IMG/VR virus record: IMGVR_UViG_3300036792_000176
Location: 1 to 64,000 of that record
From: a virus
DNA length: 64,000 nucleotides
Direction: 5' to 3' (one strand)
Positions 1 to 9,557 of the stretch are shown piece after piece; position 1 is the first letter of the stretch; every line of letters begins with the position of its first letter. A program made the translations under genes and the position numbers. The notes beneath the pieces are model-generated. The model had not been told where the DNA came from. It ran no database searches and saw only the letters and a program-made list of their open reading frames with translations.

Positions 1-387
1 GCCGAATGATGAGCTGAGGTCCCTCCGTAGTTCAATCTCGGTGAAAGGAGGGCCCTCGTTCACGGGCTGCATGATGTAATTGCCGGTCGGGATCACCACA
101 GGGGAAGGGAGTAGTGATCCCGACACGACGAGGGTGGGCTGGGCGGCCATCTCCAGCTCGTCCAGGTAGAGCTTCCAGGGATATGTGTACTGGTAGTTAG
201 GCCAGTCCCATTTGTACGTGGCGTCCGTGGGGTAGAACTTGCGCTGTGCTATCGACTCTACTGAATCAGTGGCAGCTATGATCTGCCGATCAACCTGCTG
301 TGATGAGTAGGCTGCGACCTTGACGTCGAGGGCGCGCATGACCTCTTCGCGCGTGCAGTAGCACGGCTGCTGTACTGTGGACGCCAT
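1..387 (-). CDS. Putative head-tail adaptor/head completion protein (runs off window edge)
   Basis: Manually translated from ATG at 387: MASTVQQPCYCTREEVMRALDVK...IIAATDSVESIAQRKFYP. The Y-x-T..A...IE...R.F pattern and position after the capsid genes fit adaptor proteins. Confidence 0.6.
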   Translation of the reverse strand, partial: MASTVQQPCYCTREEVMRALDVKVAAYSSQQVDRQIIAATDSVESIAQRKFYPTDATYKWDWPNYQYTYPWKLYLDELEMAAQPTLVVSGSLLPSPVVIPTGNYIMQPVNEGPPFTEIELRRDLSSSFG

Positions 388-464
388 ACCTGTCCCTTGC
401 TTTCTTGGCGATTACCCCTTGCGGGGTGGGTCTGGCTAAGTATTCAGTTTTGTGACTAGCTACT

Positions 465-1160
465 TCAGGACTGTCCGCGCTTCTGTGCGATGTCGGCCCG
501 AGCAGCCTGTATCTGCTCGTCGAGCGAGCTGTCAGCCGACGCCTCCTTGAGGAGATCCTCGGCTGCGTCGTATTCGCCGTTGTCGAATGCCTCGCGAGCG
601 AGGTGTAGAGCGGCCTTGGCGTCGGCAGAGACCTGGTTTGCCCTGGCTATGTCAGCCTTGGACCGAGGAGGCCGCCTAGTAGTATCCGGTGTAGCTTGAG
701 TCGCTTTGGCTGATTCCTCCGAAGAGTCCGGCTGGGGGACTTGGTCTTGTCCAGTCTCGGGGGAACTGCCAGAAGTCGAAGGGGCAGTAGAGGACTGGGC
801 TGGCTTCGACTGTTGGTCCTGTGAGGAGAGGCTCTCCGCAGATTGGGCAGGCGATTGGGTCGACGGATCCGTTCCCTGGGGATTGGAGCCACTCGGTCCT
901 TGCTTCCTTTCGGATGTCGAGGAGCTGGTACCAGCTGATGGCGAATCGCCTCCATCCAGAATGTGTAGGTCGCCGTGATCCTGCGCCTCGAGCGCGTCCG
1001 GCTCGAACTCCTGATCCTTCTCGTCCTGCTCGACCGTGCTCTCATCAGCAGGGAGGCGCGGAGGAATCTGGGCATGATCCTTGTGACCCTGACGCCGGAA
1101 GAGAGGCGGCTCTCTGTTCGTGTCAGCGTTGGTTACACTATCGTTGGTTATGCGCGGCAT
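465..1160 (-). CDS. Hypothetical protein, disordered S/Q/P-rich with helical C-terminus
   Basis: 231-aa ORF in head operon, overlaps the upstream gene. Confidence 0.6.
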   Translation of the reverse strand: MPRITNDSVTNADTNREPPLFRRQGHKDHAQIPPRLPADESTVEQDEKDQEFEPDALEAQDHGDLHILDGGDSPSAGTSSSTSERKQGPSGSNPQGTDPSTQSPAQSAESLSSQDQQSKPAQSSTAPSTSGSSPETGQDQVPQPDSSEESAKATQATPDTTRRPPRSKADIARANQVSADAKAALHLAREAFDNGEYDAAEDLLKEASADSSLDEQIQAARADIAQKRGQS

Positions 1161-1462
1161 AACTGCCCCCAGCTTTCGTCGTTGCCGTCTTTGGCATTCT
1201 TGCTCTTCATCATGGCGGGAGACGGGGTAGCGGGCTTCCCCGTCGGGGGCGGGTCGGCCGGTACGTCGGGGGCGGGGTCGGAGCTCGGAGCCTCGGAGGT
1301 TTCGGCGTCCGCCGGTACTTCGGTACCCCCTTCCGCTTCCGAGGCGCTTATTTCGGAGCCTAGCGCCTCGGCCGTCTCTGATGGCTTGTCAGTGAAACAC
1401 TGCGGACAGAACAGCTCACTGCTTATGATGTTCTTGCACCCGCAAGATTCGCAATCCCACAT
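1148..1462 (-). CDS. Small protein with N-terminal Zn-ribbon (WxCxxC...CxxC) and disordered tail
   Basis: MWDCESCGCKN...CPQC; lies in head operon. Confidence 0.6.
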   Translation of the reverse strand: MWDCESCGCKNIISSELFCPQCFTDKPSETAEALGSEISASEAEGGTEVPADAETSEAPSSDPAPDVPADPPPTGKPATPSPAMMKSKNAKDGNDESWGQLCRA

Positions 1463-1470
1463 CTCTACCC

Positions 1471-1968
1471 CTACGCAGCCGTTATTGTCGCGCCACTGTC
1501 ATACGCGAAGTACGTGACAGAGTAGACGATCGCCCCGGTGTTGGTCGCGCTCGTCTGGACGATTATTGCTCCGGCGGGAACGAGCGCAATTCCACCACTC
1601 TGGATCGGTACCGAAATGGTATTCCCCAGAATGACACCAGAGGCTGAGCTGACGATCAGGGCACTAGTCTGCGCCACCGGAAGCGCCAGCGATGTGCCGA
1701 CCGTTATGCCGCTGATTGATGTAGCGGTGCAGAGTGACGTTGGAGCGGCGGACCCGCCGGTCGGCGTATTGCCGACCGACAGGGTACACGCCTGGCTCTG
1801 CACGACCGTCGTGACCACAGCTGTCAGGCTGGTGATCACAACTCGGCCACCGACCACATTGAATATGGTCTGTGGCGTATTCAGGGCCGGCAGGGTCTTG
1901 GCCCCGCCGGTCACCAGAGCTCCGTAGTTCGCCTCTCGAACCTGCAGAGGCAATGGGTTGGCGGACAT
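1471..1968 (-). CDS. Putative virion decoration protein, paralog 3
   Basis: Shares G.I.VTS..A.V.T / VPAG.I...T.ATNTG...Y..Y..YD.GA pattern with the two neighbouring ORFs. Confidence 0.6.
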   Translation of the reverse strand: MSANPLPLQVREANYGALVTGGAKTLPALNTPQTIFNVVGGRVVITSLTAVVTTVVQSQACTLSVGNTPTGGSAAPTSLCTATSISGITVGTSLALPVAQTSALIVSSASGVILGNTISVPIQSGGIALVPAGAIIVQTSATNTGAIVYSVTYFAYDSGATITAA

Positions 1969-2711
1969 CAGGACACCTGCGCCAGAACGCCCACGCCGGG
2001 GCTGTTGTCAAGCGGCACATAGGTCATGTACCACTTAACAGTTCCGGTGTTGGTCGCCGTGGTTGTCAGGGTTATGTTGCCCACAGGGACTATGAACCCG
2101 CAGTCCTTCGGCACGCTCATCCCGCCGCTGGCGGCTATCTCCAGAGCAGCGCTTCCGGTCCACGTCCATGTCGGCGCGGCGGACCCGGCCCATGCGATAT
2201 TGCCATGAGCCGGAACCGTGTACGTCGCAGGACTCCATGGGGTGGTACCCACAGGCACGCCGTTGACGGTGACGCCGGTCAGCACGCCACCAGCCATCGC
2301 GACGTCCACAGACCCATGGTACGTGTTGACGGCAGGAACACCTGTCGCAGGAACGGCCGGTGTGACCAGCGCACCACCAGCAGCACCCGCGGCTGCTGGC
2401 GCTGAGATCATCGTTCCTGCAGCCAGCGACGTGACCAGAGTCGGGCCGCCGATACCGGGAGTAGCTGCAGCCCCGACGGTAGGAGCCATGCCGATCGACA
2501 GGCTGGTGACCGTTGACGACATCGCTGACGCAACGATCCCAACTAGCGACGTGACGAGGATAGCCCCGCCGCTAACCTTGAACAGCGTGCTCGTTCCGGT
2601 TGCAGGAAGAGCGAGAGGACCCTTGACGACCTGGGCGCCAGCGACGATTGCCCTGAGCTGGTACCCAGGGATCTCGTTGACATCCTTGAGTGGATTTCCG
2701 GTAGTTGCCAC
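1968..2711 (-). CDS. Putative virion decoration protein, paralog 2 (with internal insertion)
   Basis: GYQLR...GAILVTS.VG.V...APTVGAAA..GI...WY.TYVPLDN shared with 2721-3200. Confidence 0.65.
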   Translation of the reverse strand: MATTGNPLKDVNEIPGYQLRAIVAGAQVVKGPLALPATGTSTLFKVSGGAILVTSLVGIVASAMSSTVTSLSIGMAPTVGAAATPGIGGPTLVTSLAAGTMISAPAAAGAAGGALVTPAVPATGVPAVNTYHGSVDVAMAGGVLTGVTVNGVPVGTTPWSPATYTVPAHGNIAWAGSAAPTWTWTGSAALEIAASGGMSVPKDCGFIVPVGNITLTTTATNTGTVKWYMTYVPLDNSPGVGVLAQVS

Positions 2712-2720
2712 GACGAGCTC

Positions 2721-3200
2721 CTAGCTGAGAGAAGCGCCGTTGTCGAGCGGAACGTACGTGAAGTACCACGAGATGGCTCCGGTCGGAGCAGCGCTGCTGC
2801 ACTGCAAGGTGATCGTTCCTGCCGGCACCACGAACGGCGTCGGAAGGAAGACGGCATTGCCGGGACTGGCACCGACGACCAGGAGGCCCCCGACGCCAGC
2901 AGAGACAAGCGGGACCATCCAGGTACCGACAGCCGCACTCGTGATAGCGGTAGCGCCCGCGATGCCCGCCGGAGCTGCCGCCCCGACGGTGGGTGCCGTG
3001 CCGATCTCGAGGGTCGTTGTGGTTCCGGTGATGACCGTGGACACCTTGCCGACCATGGACGTGACAAGAATCGCGCCATTGTTCACGGTGGCAAGCGTTG
3101 ACGATACGCCGCTCGACTGCGGCAGTGCCGTAGCCGCCTTGATGAGCTGAACCCCGAATGCGACAGTTCGGAGCTGGTAGCCCTGGATGATCACCGACAT
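2721..3200 (-). CDS. Putative virion decoration protein, paralog 1
   Basis: Small beta-rich A/G/T/V protein downstream of the capsid gene, paralogous to the next two ORFs. Confidence 0.65.
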   Translation of the reverse strand: MSVIIQGYQLRTVAFGVQLIKAATALPQSSGVSSTLATVNNGAILVTSMVGKVSTVITGTTTTLEIGTAPTVGAAAPAGIAGATAITSAAVGTWMVPLVSAGVGGLLVVGASPGNAVFLPTPFVVPAGTITLQCSSAAPTGAISWYFTYVPLDNGASLS

Positions 3201-3201
3201 G

Positions 3202-3717
3202 TCAGGACGCCAGGATCTCGAGGTTGGCCGGAGCCCTCTGCGGAGTCAGGTCCGAGAGGATCACGGTCACGAGGCCCGTGCTCGAACCGGTCACGGTGAT
3301 CTGGATGTAGCTGTTCGGGTCCGAGAGCTGCGACGTGAACACGTGGAACACGGCCAGCGTCGCGGTGACCGGAGCGTTCGTGCTGGCGGTCGCCAGCTGG
3401 ATTGCGCTCAGTGCTCCGGGGCCACCACCCGGACCACCGGTCAGGTACGGCGCGACGGCCGGGTTGTACGTCTGCTTCTGCCACGCCGTGGCACCGACCA
3501 GACCGGTAGACCAGTAGACGTTCTTGATGACGTTGACGGCCGTCAGGCCGCCAGTGAAGCTGGACGCCTCGTTCACCGTGAACGTGTTGCCGGTCGACGC
3601 GAGGCTCGACGTAGAGCACACGATCATCGCGGACGACGCGCCACGCATCTTGAAGGACTGGTTCGCGGCCACCGGGATGATGTTCGCGTTCCTGCCCAGT
3701 ACTTCCATACCTGCCAT
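3202..3717 (-). CDS. Putative virion structural protein (capsid-associated)
   Basis: Strong GC3 codon bias like the capsid gene; RBS AGAGAGG. Confidence 0.6.
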   Translation of the reverse strand: MAGMEVLGRNANIIPVAANQSFKMRGASSAMIVCSTSSLASTGNTFTVNEASSFTGGLTAVNVIKNVYWSTGLVGATAWQKQTYNPAVAPYLTGGPGGGPGALSAIQLATASTNAPVTATLAVFHVFTSQLSDPNSYIQITVTGSSTGLVTVILSDLTPQRAPANLEILAS

Positions 3718-3798
3718 GACTTACCTCTCTTGCCGGGGTTTCAATGCCGGCAGATTCGGCCTACAACCGCGGAATTGCGGGGACGGCCTGGGGTTACT

Positions 3799-4077
3799 TC
3801 AGACTCCGCCAGCAGATGCAGACGGATTGACGTACGGAGCGAACACCTGAATGTTCAGGCTCGGTGTGCCGGGATTGGGGCCCGTACCTCGGTGCCCGCT
3901 AGCAGACACCGAGTACGGGATCACCTTGCCGTTCACATCTGACGGTGCATCCTCGAGGAAACCGAGGATCAGCTGAAGAGCGTCCTGTCCATCTTCCGAC
4001 ATGTGCGCGTTCGTCTCGCTCTTCAGGGAGGCCACTGTCTCCTCGAGCGTGCCGGAGGCGCTAAACGAGAAACTCAC
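3799..4077 (-). CDS. Hypothetical protein
   Basis: GTG start at 4077 preceded by AGGAG; follows capsid stop. Confidence 0.55.
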   Translation of the reverse strand: MSFSFSASGTLEETVASLKSETNAHMSEDGQDALQLILGFLEDAPSDVNGKVIPYSVSASGHRGTGPNPGTPSLNIQVFAPYVNPSASAGGV

Positions 4078-4111
4078 CGCTGCTCCTGTATCTATTGTGG
4101 CGGGGTGGGGA

Positions 4112-5512
4112 CTAGCGCGAGGCCAGCTGGACGAACGGGGACAGGTTGGGGCCACCGTTGTGCGGCGTGATCGAGCTCTGGATCCAGGGTCGACCGTCGA
4201 GGCGCTCGATGACACGGAACGCCGTCTTGTCGTTCTGGAACCGGTACTGCTCGCTCGAGGCCGACTGCATCATCTGCCGGTCACCGATCAGGTAGTACGA
4301 GAAGTCCACGAAGCTGATGTCGCCGCTGGTGCCGAGCTGCGGGGTCTTCTCCGTGAAGTGGACCGGACGGCCCAGGATGGTGATCGGAGGGGTCGCCGCA
4401 CCAGGGTTGGTGTAGTTGCCCATCCAGACCGGGCCACCGCCGGTGCCCACCGAGAGCGCCATGGTGGCCAGCTCGGGGAAGGTATCGATGGAGGCGATCC
4501 ATACCGCGTTGCCGAGAGCGGTGGGGAGCATGCGGGCGAACATCCCGATGATGTTCTCCCAGACGATCGTCTTGGTCGCCTGGCCCGACTGGGCGTTGAC
4601 CGCGACCGACGCCGGGCAGTTGACGAAGCCGAGCGGCTCGCCGACGCCGGTGCCGTTCATGAACGCCACGTCCTCGTACCAGGCGATCGCCCGGGGGAAG
4701 ATGGTGTCGAAGAACGAGGAGAACGCGGGCGCATCCGCGAGGAGCTCGTTCGGGACCTCGGCGTAAGCGGTGAGCTTCTTGGCGTCGAGCACGACCCGTC
4801 CGAAGGTCGCCTGCGACTCGACGAGCTGCGCACCCTCTTCCGTCCAGTAGCAGACGACGCCACCGAACACGGACGACACGTTGCTCGTAGTGTCGATCAT
4901 GGGGATCGGCACGCGAAGCGAGTCCATCGGGATGACCTGCGCACGCGGCCGCACGATCGCGGTCTCGAGCGCAACCTCGAGGATGTCCGAGCGCAGACGC
5001 TCCGGGATCAGGAAGCCACCGTCGGCGGGGACCTCGGATCCGTAGCTGTTCTGGATCTTCAGCGCGGTGTCGCGCTTCCGGCGCAGGGTCTCGGAGTTCT
5101 TCAGCGTCTCGAACTTGGGCCAGATGGCCTGGAAGAACTCGGCGCTGGTCTCGAACTGGCTGTCGGCACCCTGCTCAGCCTCGAGGCGGGCACCGTAGCT
5201 CGCCTTGTTGTAGGCAGCACCCTTGCCGTGCGACACCCGCCGATTGTTCTCGGCGACCGACATGCTGGGGAGCGCGTTGCTGAAGTTCAGACGGCTGCCG
5301 CCCATGCCGTTGTCACGGGCGAACTCCGCCATCGTGATCTGGACCTGGTCCTTGACCTGGCGGGCAAGGTTGTTGTCCTTCTCCCACTGCTTCTTGGCGT
5401 AGACATTGATGAACTCCTTGAACTGACCAGGCTCAGCCATCATGTTGCGGACTCGGCCGGTGTCAGCGAGAAGCTCCTCGAGCCCCTCCATTGTGTCCGG
5501 GATCGTAGGCAT
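4112..5512 (-). CDS. Major capsid protein, HK97 fold
   Basis: DGGFLIPE, WTEEG, V.L.AKKL.....V.NELL.D, F.NGTG.GEP.G, ILGRPV, GD...Y.IGDR, F.ND.TAFR.IER.DG motifs; follows portal and protease. Confidence 0.95.
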   Translation of the reverse strand: MPTIPDTMEGLEELLADTGRVRNMMAEPGQFKEFINVYAKKQWEKDNNLARQVKDQVQITMAEFARDNGMGGSRLNFSNALPSMSVAENNRRVSHGKGAAYNKASYGARLEAEQGADSQFETSAEFFQAIWPKFETLKNSETLRRKRDTALKIQNSYGSEVPADGGFLIPERLRSDILEVALETAIVRPRAQVIPMDSLRVPIPMIDTTSNVSSVFGGVVCYWTEEGAQLVESQATFGRVVLDAKKLTAYAEVPNELLADAPAFSSFFDTIFPRAIAWYEDVAFMNGTGVGEPLGFVNCPASVAVNAQSGQATKTIVWENIIGMFARMLPTALGNAVWIASIDTFPELATMALSVGTGGGPVWMGNYTNPGAATPPITILGRPVHFTEKTPQLGTSGDISFVDFSYYLIGDRQMMQSASSEQYRFQNDKTAFRVIERLDGRPWIQSSITPHNGGPNLSPFVQLASR

Positions 5513-6996
5513 TAAAGAATTCCTCTCATAGTGCGGGCCCACATTTCAACTTCTTCGTCCGTCGGAACCCAGTCTGCCGAGTCCTCGGAACCACTCGCCC
5601 ATGCCTTCGCATGAGCCTTCAGGTGCGCTTCCGCAGCGCTCTTGTTGGTCAGACCTTGGGTCTGGTTGAGCCGCCCAAGGGCAGCGGTTACTCCAGCCTT
5701 GTTAGGCGGAGATCCTGGGTGCTTGTGGTGCGGGAGCGCGTGCGCCGCCTCGGTTGAGGCATCACCGCTCCTGCTACCAGCACAGATTGCCGACAGCGCC
5801 GAAGCCGGGTTGTCGCTGTTGGCCGCGGCTGACATAGCCGCGCTCCCGTCCCACGCCGTGTTGTCGAACGATGTGGCATGGAGATCGACGTGAGACCGCA
5901 GATACACCCGGTGCTCCTCGTCGGCCTCGTTCCTGGCTGGCGCAGCCCAGTAGTCGTGGTCTGTATCGCCAGCCGCCGTAGCATCGTTGTCGCCATCATG
6001 ATCCGGGTCGGCATGCCCGCTCATGTCATGGTGCACATGATCGTGAGTGTGAGGACCGTAGTCGTCCTCTCCCTCGTCGTGGGCGTGCCGATGCATGTCA
6101 TCGTGGCTGTGACCGTGGGAGTGTGTCACATGCGTGTGATCGTGAATGGCGTCGCCATCGTGATCGTGCGCGTGACCGTGGATGCCGTCGTCGTCGTCCG
6201 GATGCCCGAACGCCGCGTGATTGTGCATGTGCCGACCAGTCATCGGTTCATGCGTCACGCTCGTCGAGCTGTGGTACGGGTGCAGCGCAGCATCCGTCAC
6301 AACCGGCGCCATTGTCGCAGTACCCGTGGACGATGTGGTTATCGAGTTGGTCAGCGTGGCTTCCTGGCGGTCCTCGACAGACCCCTTGGAGTCCTGGCGC
6401 GTCTCGGCCACCTTGCCGTGAACGATGATCGAGTCCGCGAGGCCCGCGTCGATAGCCTCCTGCGCGGTGTACCACTTCTCGCCACGCATGATCTCACGCC
6501 AGGCCGCTACCGTCCCGCCGGTCTTCTCGGCGTAGATGGATGCGATGTTGTCGCTGGCATCGTCCAGCATCTCGGCCATCTCGCGCATCTCGGCCGCGTT
6601 GCCAACGGCCATCGACATGCCGTCGTGCACCATCAGCCTGGCATTCTTGGCGATGAGCACCCTGCGGCCAGCCATGGCGATGACGCTGGCTATCGACGCC
6701 GCGAGCCCGTCGATGTAGACGTCGACGTCTCCGCGTGCCTGCAGGCAGTTGTAGATCGTGATGCCGTCGTACACCTCGCCGCCAGGCGAGTTGATGTGGC
6801 AGTCAACGGGTCCGCTGATGTCGGCCAGCTCACGCGCCAGGTCGTTAGCGCTCAGCCCAAAGAAGCCAATCTCGTCGTAGATGTAAAGCTGTGTCGGTCC
6901 GGTGGCCAGGTTCTTGATGCGGTACCACTGAGGAGCCTTGCCCGTAGACAGGGCCATGATCTTCCTGGCCGTGAGCCAGGGTCTGTTACTGCTCAT
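5512..6996 (-). CDS. ClpP-type prohead protease/scaffold with His/Asp-rich insertion
   Basis: LYIYDEIG, HINSPGGEV.DG, DGLAASIASVIAMAG, LMVH, E.W.TA.EA...GLAD. Confidence 0.92.
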   Translation of the reverse strand: MSSNRPWLTARKIMALSTGKAPQWYRIKNLATGPTQLYIYDEIGFFGLSANDLARELADISGPVDCHINSPGGEVYDGITIYNCLQARGDVDVYIDGLAASIASVIAMAGRRVLIAKNARLMVHDGMSMAVGNAAEMREMAEMLDDASDNIASIYAEKTGGTVAAWREIMRGEKWYTAQEAIDAGLADSIIVHGKVAETRQDSKGSVEDRQEATLTNSITTSSTGTATMAPVVTDAALHPYHSSTSVTHEPMTGRHMHNHAAFGHPDDDDGIHGHAHDHDGDAIHDHTHVTHSHGHSHDDMHRHAHDEGEDDYGPHTHDHVHHDMSGHADPDHDGDNDATAAGDTDHDYWAAPARNEADEEHRVYLRSHVDLHATSFDNTAWDGSAAMSAAANSDNPASALSAICAGSRSGDASTEAAHALPHHKHPGSPPNKAGVTAALGRLNQTQGLTNKSAAEAHLKAHAKAWASGSEDSADWVPTDEEVEMWARTMRGIL

Positions 6997-8468
6997 ACCA
7001 TCTCCAGCTCTCGACCATCGGTCATCCTCTGAATTGTGAATGCATCCTTTATCACGCCCGCGTATTCCATCACGAGCATGTCACTCATCTCGGCGGACAG
7101 CTTGTCGCCCGAGCTATCCGGCGTCACCTCGGGCATGCCGCCTATGTCGCCTGCCTGCGGATCCAGCTTCGGGCTCTTACCGGCCTCGATAGCAGGAACT
7201 GTCTGAGATGGTCCGCCGGCAGCAATTGCAGGTGCAGGAGGTCCGACCCAGCGCATATCCGGAAGGCCGACGCACTGCAGTACGTCGTCCGGGTGCCAGC
7301 CGGCAGTTGCCAGGATAACGGCTGCCTTCGACTTGGCAGTCAGCTCGTCATTCGCGTCATTCGAGCTGGTCGGAGTAGGATCGTCGAAGTCCATCTCGCG
7401 ACCGACGCCTGTCGATCCGAACATCGGCAGGTACATGTAGTTCAGAACGGTACGCAGGCGCTTCAGGCGCGGGATCTCATGCCAGCTTGTGTGGACTTCC
7501 TCGGCCGTCTCCGCGTTAGCACGGTTGACATCCTGGCTGTTCCCAAGCATCGCCTGGTGAATGCGATAAGCTTCCCGGATGACATCCCGAGAAAGATTGC
7601 GCAGCTCAACAAACTGCATATCATGCATAGTGTAGGTGTTTGGATCCCATGTGGCACCCTGCTCAAGAACGCCAACACGATGGCCACGTGCAACCCCCTG
7701 GTGCTGCTCACGCCAGCGGTTCGTGAACTCTCGGAACTCAGTATCGCTCAGGCGCTTAGCAAACGTAACGATACCGCCGGGCGTCGCAGAGTTCAGGAAG
7801 AAGTTGCGGGACCACTCGGCCGTGTACTTGGCCGAGTCTATGTCCGCGAGGAGGGACTGGATGGCGGACAGACCACGGTACATATCGATCGGATTCGGGT
7901 ACCGTAGCTGGATCACCTCGCTGGGCAGAAGCGGAACCTGCTCACCGTTTGGCCCGGAGTAAACCCAGCCAGCCAGGAACTTCTCTCGGTCCGGTACAGG
8001 CTCCATCCTGTCAGGACGAACCGGCCACATCTCAAGAGGGACGCCAGTACCGCTCTCACCCCGGTTCAGAACCCAGTACCACTCTCCGACCAGCTCCATG
8101 AACTGCCAGCCGATTTCGCGGAACTGCTCGCCAGTCATGTAGGGGTTCGGACGGTTCCACAGTTCCAGCGCCCAGTGCCGTAGCACTTCAGGCCGCTGGT
8201 CGGATCCCATATCGTGCTTGGAGTACCGAACGCGACCGTCCGTGTTCTTCTGGTACATCTTCCAGCCGCCGGTCGCCTGAGCCCCGGTGCTCAGAAGCTG
8301 AATGATTGCGTACAGCGTCCCTGTACCGCTCATTGTGTTCAGCTGGGTGAAACGGTCCTGCAGGCCAGATCCGTACAGATTGCCGTTGCGCGTGTTCCAG
8401 CTTGAGTTGAACGGGATCGGGCTGGAGCCGGTCCTGGCTCCTAGCGCCCTTATCAGGGACTTTGTCAC
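6993..8468 (-). CDS. Portal protein (HK97 family)
   Basis: L..RPNPYMTG..F, GE.YW, WP.RPDRM, YRGLSAI, FF.N.A.PGG, VLEQG, DMQF.E.R motifs. Confidence 0.93.
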   Translation of the reverse strand: MTKSLIRALGARTGSSPIPFNSSWNTRNGNLYGSGLQDRFTQLNTMSGTGTLYAIIQLLSTGAQATGGWKMYQKNTDGRVRYSKHDMGSDQRPEVLRHWALELWNRPNPYMTGEQFREIGWQFMELVGEWYWVLNRGESGTGVPLEMWPVRPDRMEPVPDREKFLAGWVYSGPNGEQVPLLPSEVIQLRYPNPIDMYRGLSAIQSLLADIDSAKYTAEWSRNFFLNSATPGGIVTFAKRLSDTEFREFTNRWREQHQGVARGHRVGVLEQGATWDPNTYTMHDMQFVELRNLSRDVIREAYRIHQAMLGNSQDVNRANAETAEEVHTSWHEIPRLKRLRTVLNYMYLPMFGSTGVGREMDFDDPTPTSSNDANDELTAKSKAAVILATAGWHPDDVLQCVGLPDMRWVGPPAPAIAAGGPSQTVPAIEAGKSPKLDPQAGDIGGMPEVTPDSSGDKLSAEMSDMLVMEYAGVIKDAFTIQRMTDGRELEMV

Positions 8469-8469
8469 G

Positions 8470-8763
8470 TCAGCTACCGACCTTTAGCTCGAAGGCAATC
8501 AGGAGGATGGCAGCCGTTATCAGGCCAGCCTTGGCATTCCACATCCATGAGGCCCAGTCGGCACAAACGAACGCCGCTATCGTGTATGTGTGCTCTGCAG
8601 CATGCTTGAGCGAAGGGAGAACGGCAACCCTGAAGAAGCCACGGGTGCTGTCCCATGAATCCGATGCACGCTTCTTCGCGCGCACCTTCCAGTGAACCCG
8701 GCCGGACTTGAACCCGTTGACGGGCTGGTACACGTGGCGAGGAGGGGTCCTTGTGAATGTCAC
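8470..8763 (-). CDS. Small membrane protein
   Basis: Two hydrophobic segments at C-terminus; immediately upstream of portal. Confidence 0.55.
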   Translation of the reverse strand: MTFTRTPPRHVYQPVNGFKSGRVHWKVRAKKRASDSWDSTRGFFRVAVLPSLKHAAEHTYTIAAFVCADWASWMWNAKAGLITAAILLIAFELKVGS

Positions 8764-8960
8764 TCTTCCTCCCCCTTAACGTGCTTCCGCATGTAGTGCG
8801 ACTCGTAGAGCGGGATGATCCTGCGCACTCTCTTCCGGCCACCGGCTGTCCAGCTGACGCCACATTGCTCTGGGCAGTACACCTTAATCCTCCCTCGTAC
8901 CGGAGGAGGTATCTGAATGTCCCCTGGCAGCCGATTCACCTTGCGTGGCTGCTTCCCCAT
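8760..8960 (-). CDS. Small basic hypothetical protein
   Basis: ORF coupled to the next gene by GTGA overlap. Confidence 0.45.
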   Translation of the reverse strand: MGKQPRKVNRLPGDIQIPPPVRGRIKVYCPEQCGVSWTAGGRKRVRRIIPLYESHYMRKHVKGEEE

Positions 8961-9264
8961 CTACAATCGCCTGCCTTACAAGAGCGTCCTTCGCGTCGAC
9001 CAGCCTCTGCAGGCCGATCGTGAGCTGAGGGCCATCACAGAGAGTATTTAGCATCCCTATCGCTAGGATGCATACCCTAGCGCTAGTCTGCCTTATATTT
9101 CCAGCAGCAAGATGATCGTATGACATGAGCCAACGCATCTTCTCCTGGACTGCCGGATGCCTGGTGGCAACTAGTTCATGGTTGCACTCCATGCATATGC
9201 CGGGGCCGCCACACCGTGCCTTCGGGGCGTCTTCTGGCGCATTTACCCAGCCATGGCTAGTCAC
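8884..9264 (-). CDS. Hypothetical protein with helical-hairpin domain (Y.HL...GP.LT.GL.RL..AKD..VR)
   Basis: Motif recalled from a common phage small-protein family; function uncertain. Confidence 0.5.
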   Translation of the reverse strand: MTSHGWVNAPEDAPKARCGGPGICMECNHELVATRHPAVQEKMRWLMSYDHLAAGNIRQTSARVCILAIGMLNTLCDGPQLTIGLQRLVDAKDALVRQAIVDGEAATQGESAARGHSDTSSGTRED

Positions 9265-9557
9265 TCCTCGACACCTCCCCTAGCTTGAACTACCCGGAAT
9301 GGCTCGTCTTCATCTTCGTCCGTGGGGCGTAGAACGGTTATCTCGGCAACATCGTCAACGAAAGCGATATTGCTAGTGCCCTTGGTGATCTCCCGCCACA
9401 TATCCGACATATGCCTACCATCTGCCATGCTTATGCGACGGTTGAGCGTCACGACGAGGGTATCGCCTGGCTTGACGATGGCGGCCATTCTTGGCATGAT
9501 GTCATCGACGAAGCTCACCTTCAGCTTCACTTGTGTTTCGTACGGAATGTTGGCCAT
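9261..9557 (-). CDS. Hypothetical protein
   Basis: ORF between terminase and portal. Confidence 0.5.
   Translation of the reverse strand: MANIPYETQVKLKVSFVDDIMPRMAAIVKPGDTLVVTLNRRISMADGRHMSDMWREITKGTSNIAFVDDVAEITVLRPTDEDEDEPFRVVQARGGVEE

Noticed and set aside
3799-4215. Programmed frameshift extending the capsid protein
   Set aside because: The downstream ORF has its own AGGAG RBS and GTG at 4077, and no slippery site was evident.
4001-7032. Long plus-strand ORFs antisense to capsid/protease (also 25787-26962, 48818-49747, 57236-58228 on minus)
   Set aside because: Shadow ORFs expected from high GC3 codon bias; no RBS or domain signal.
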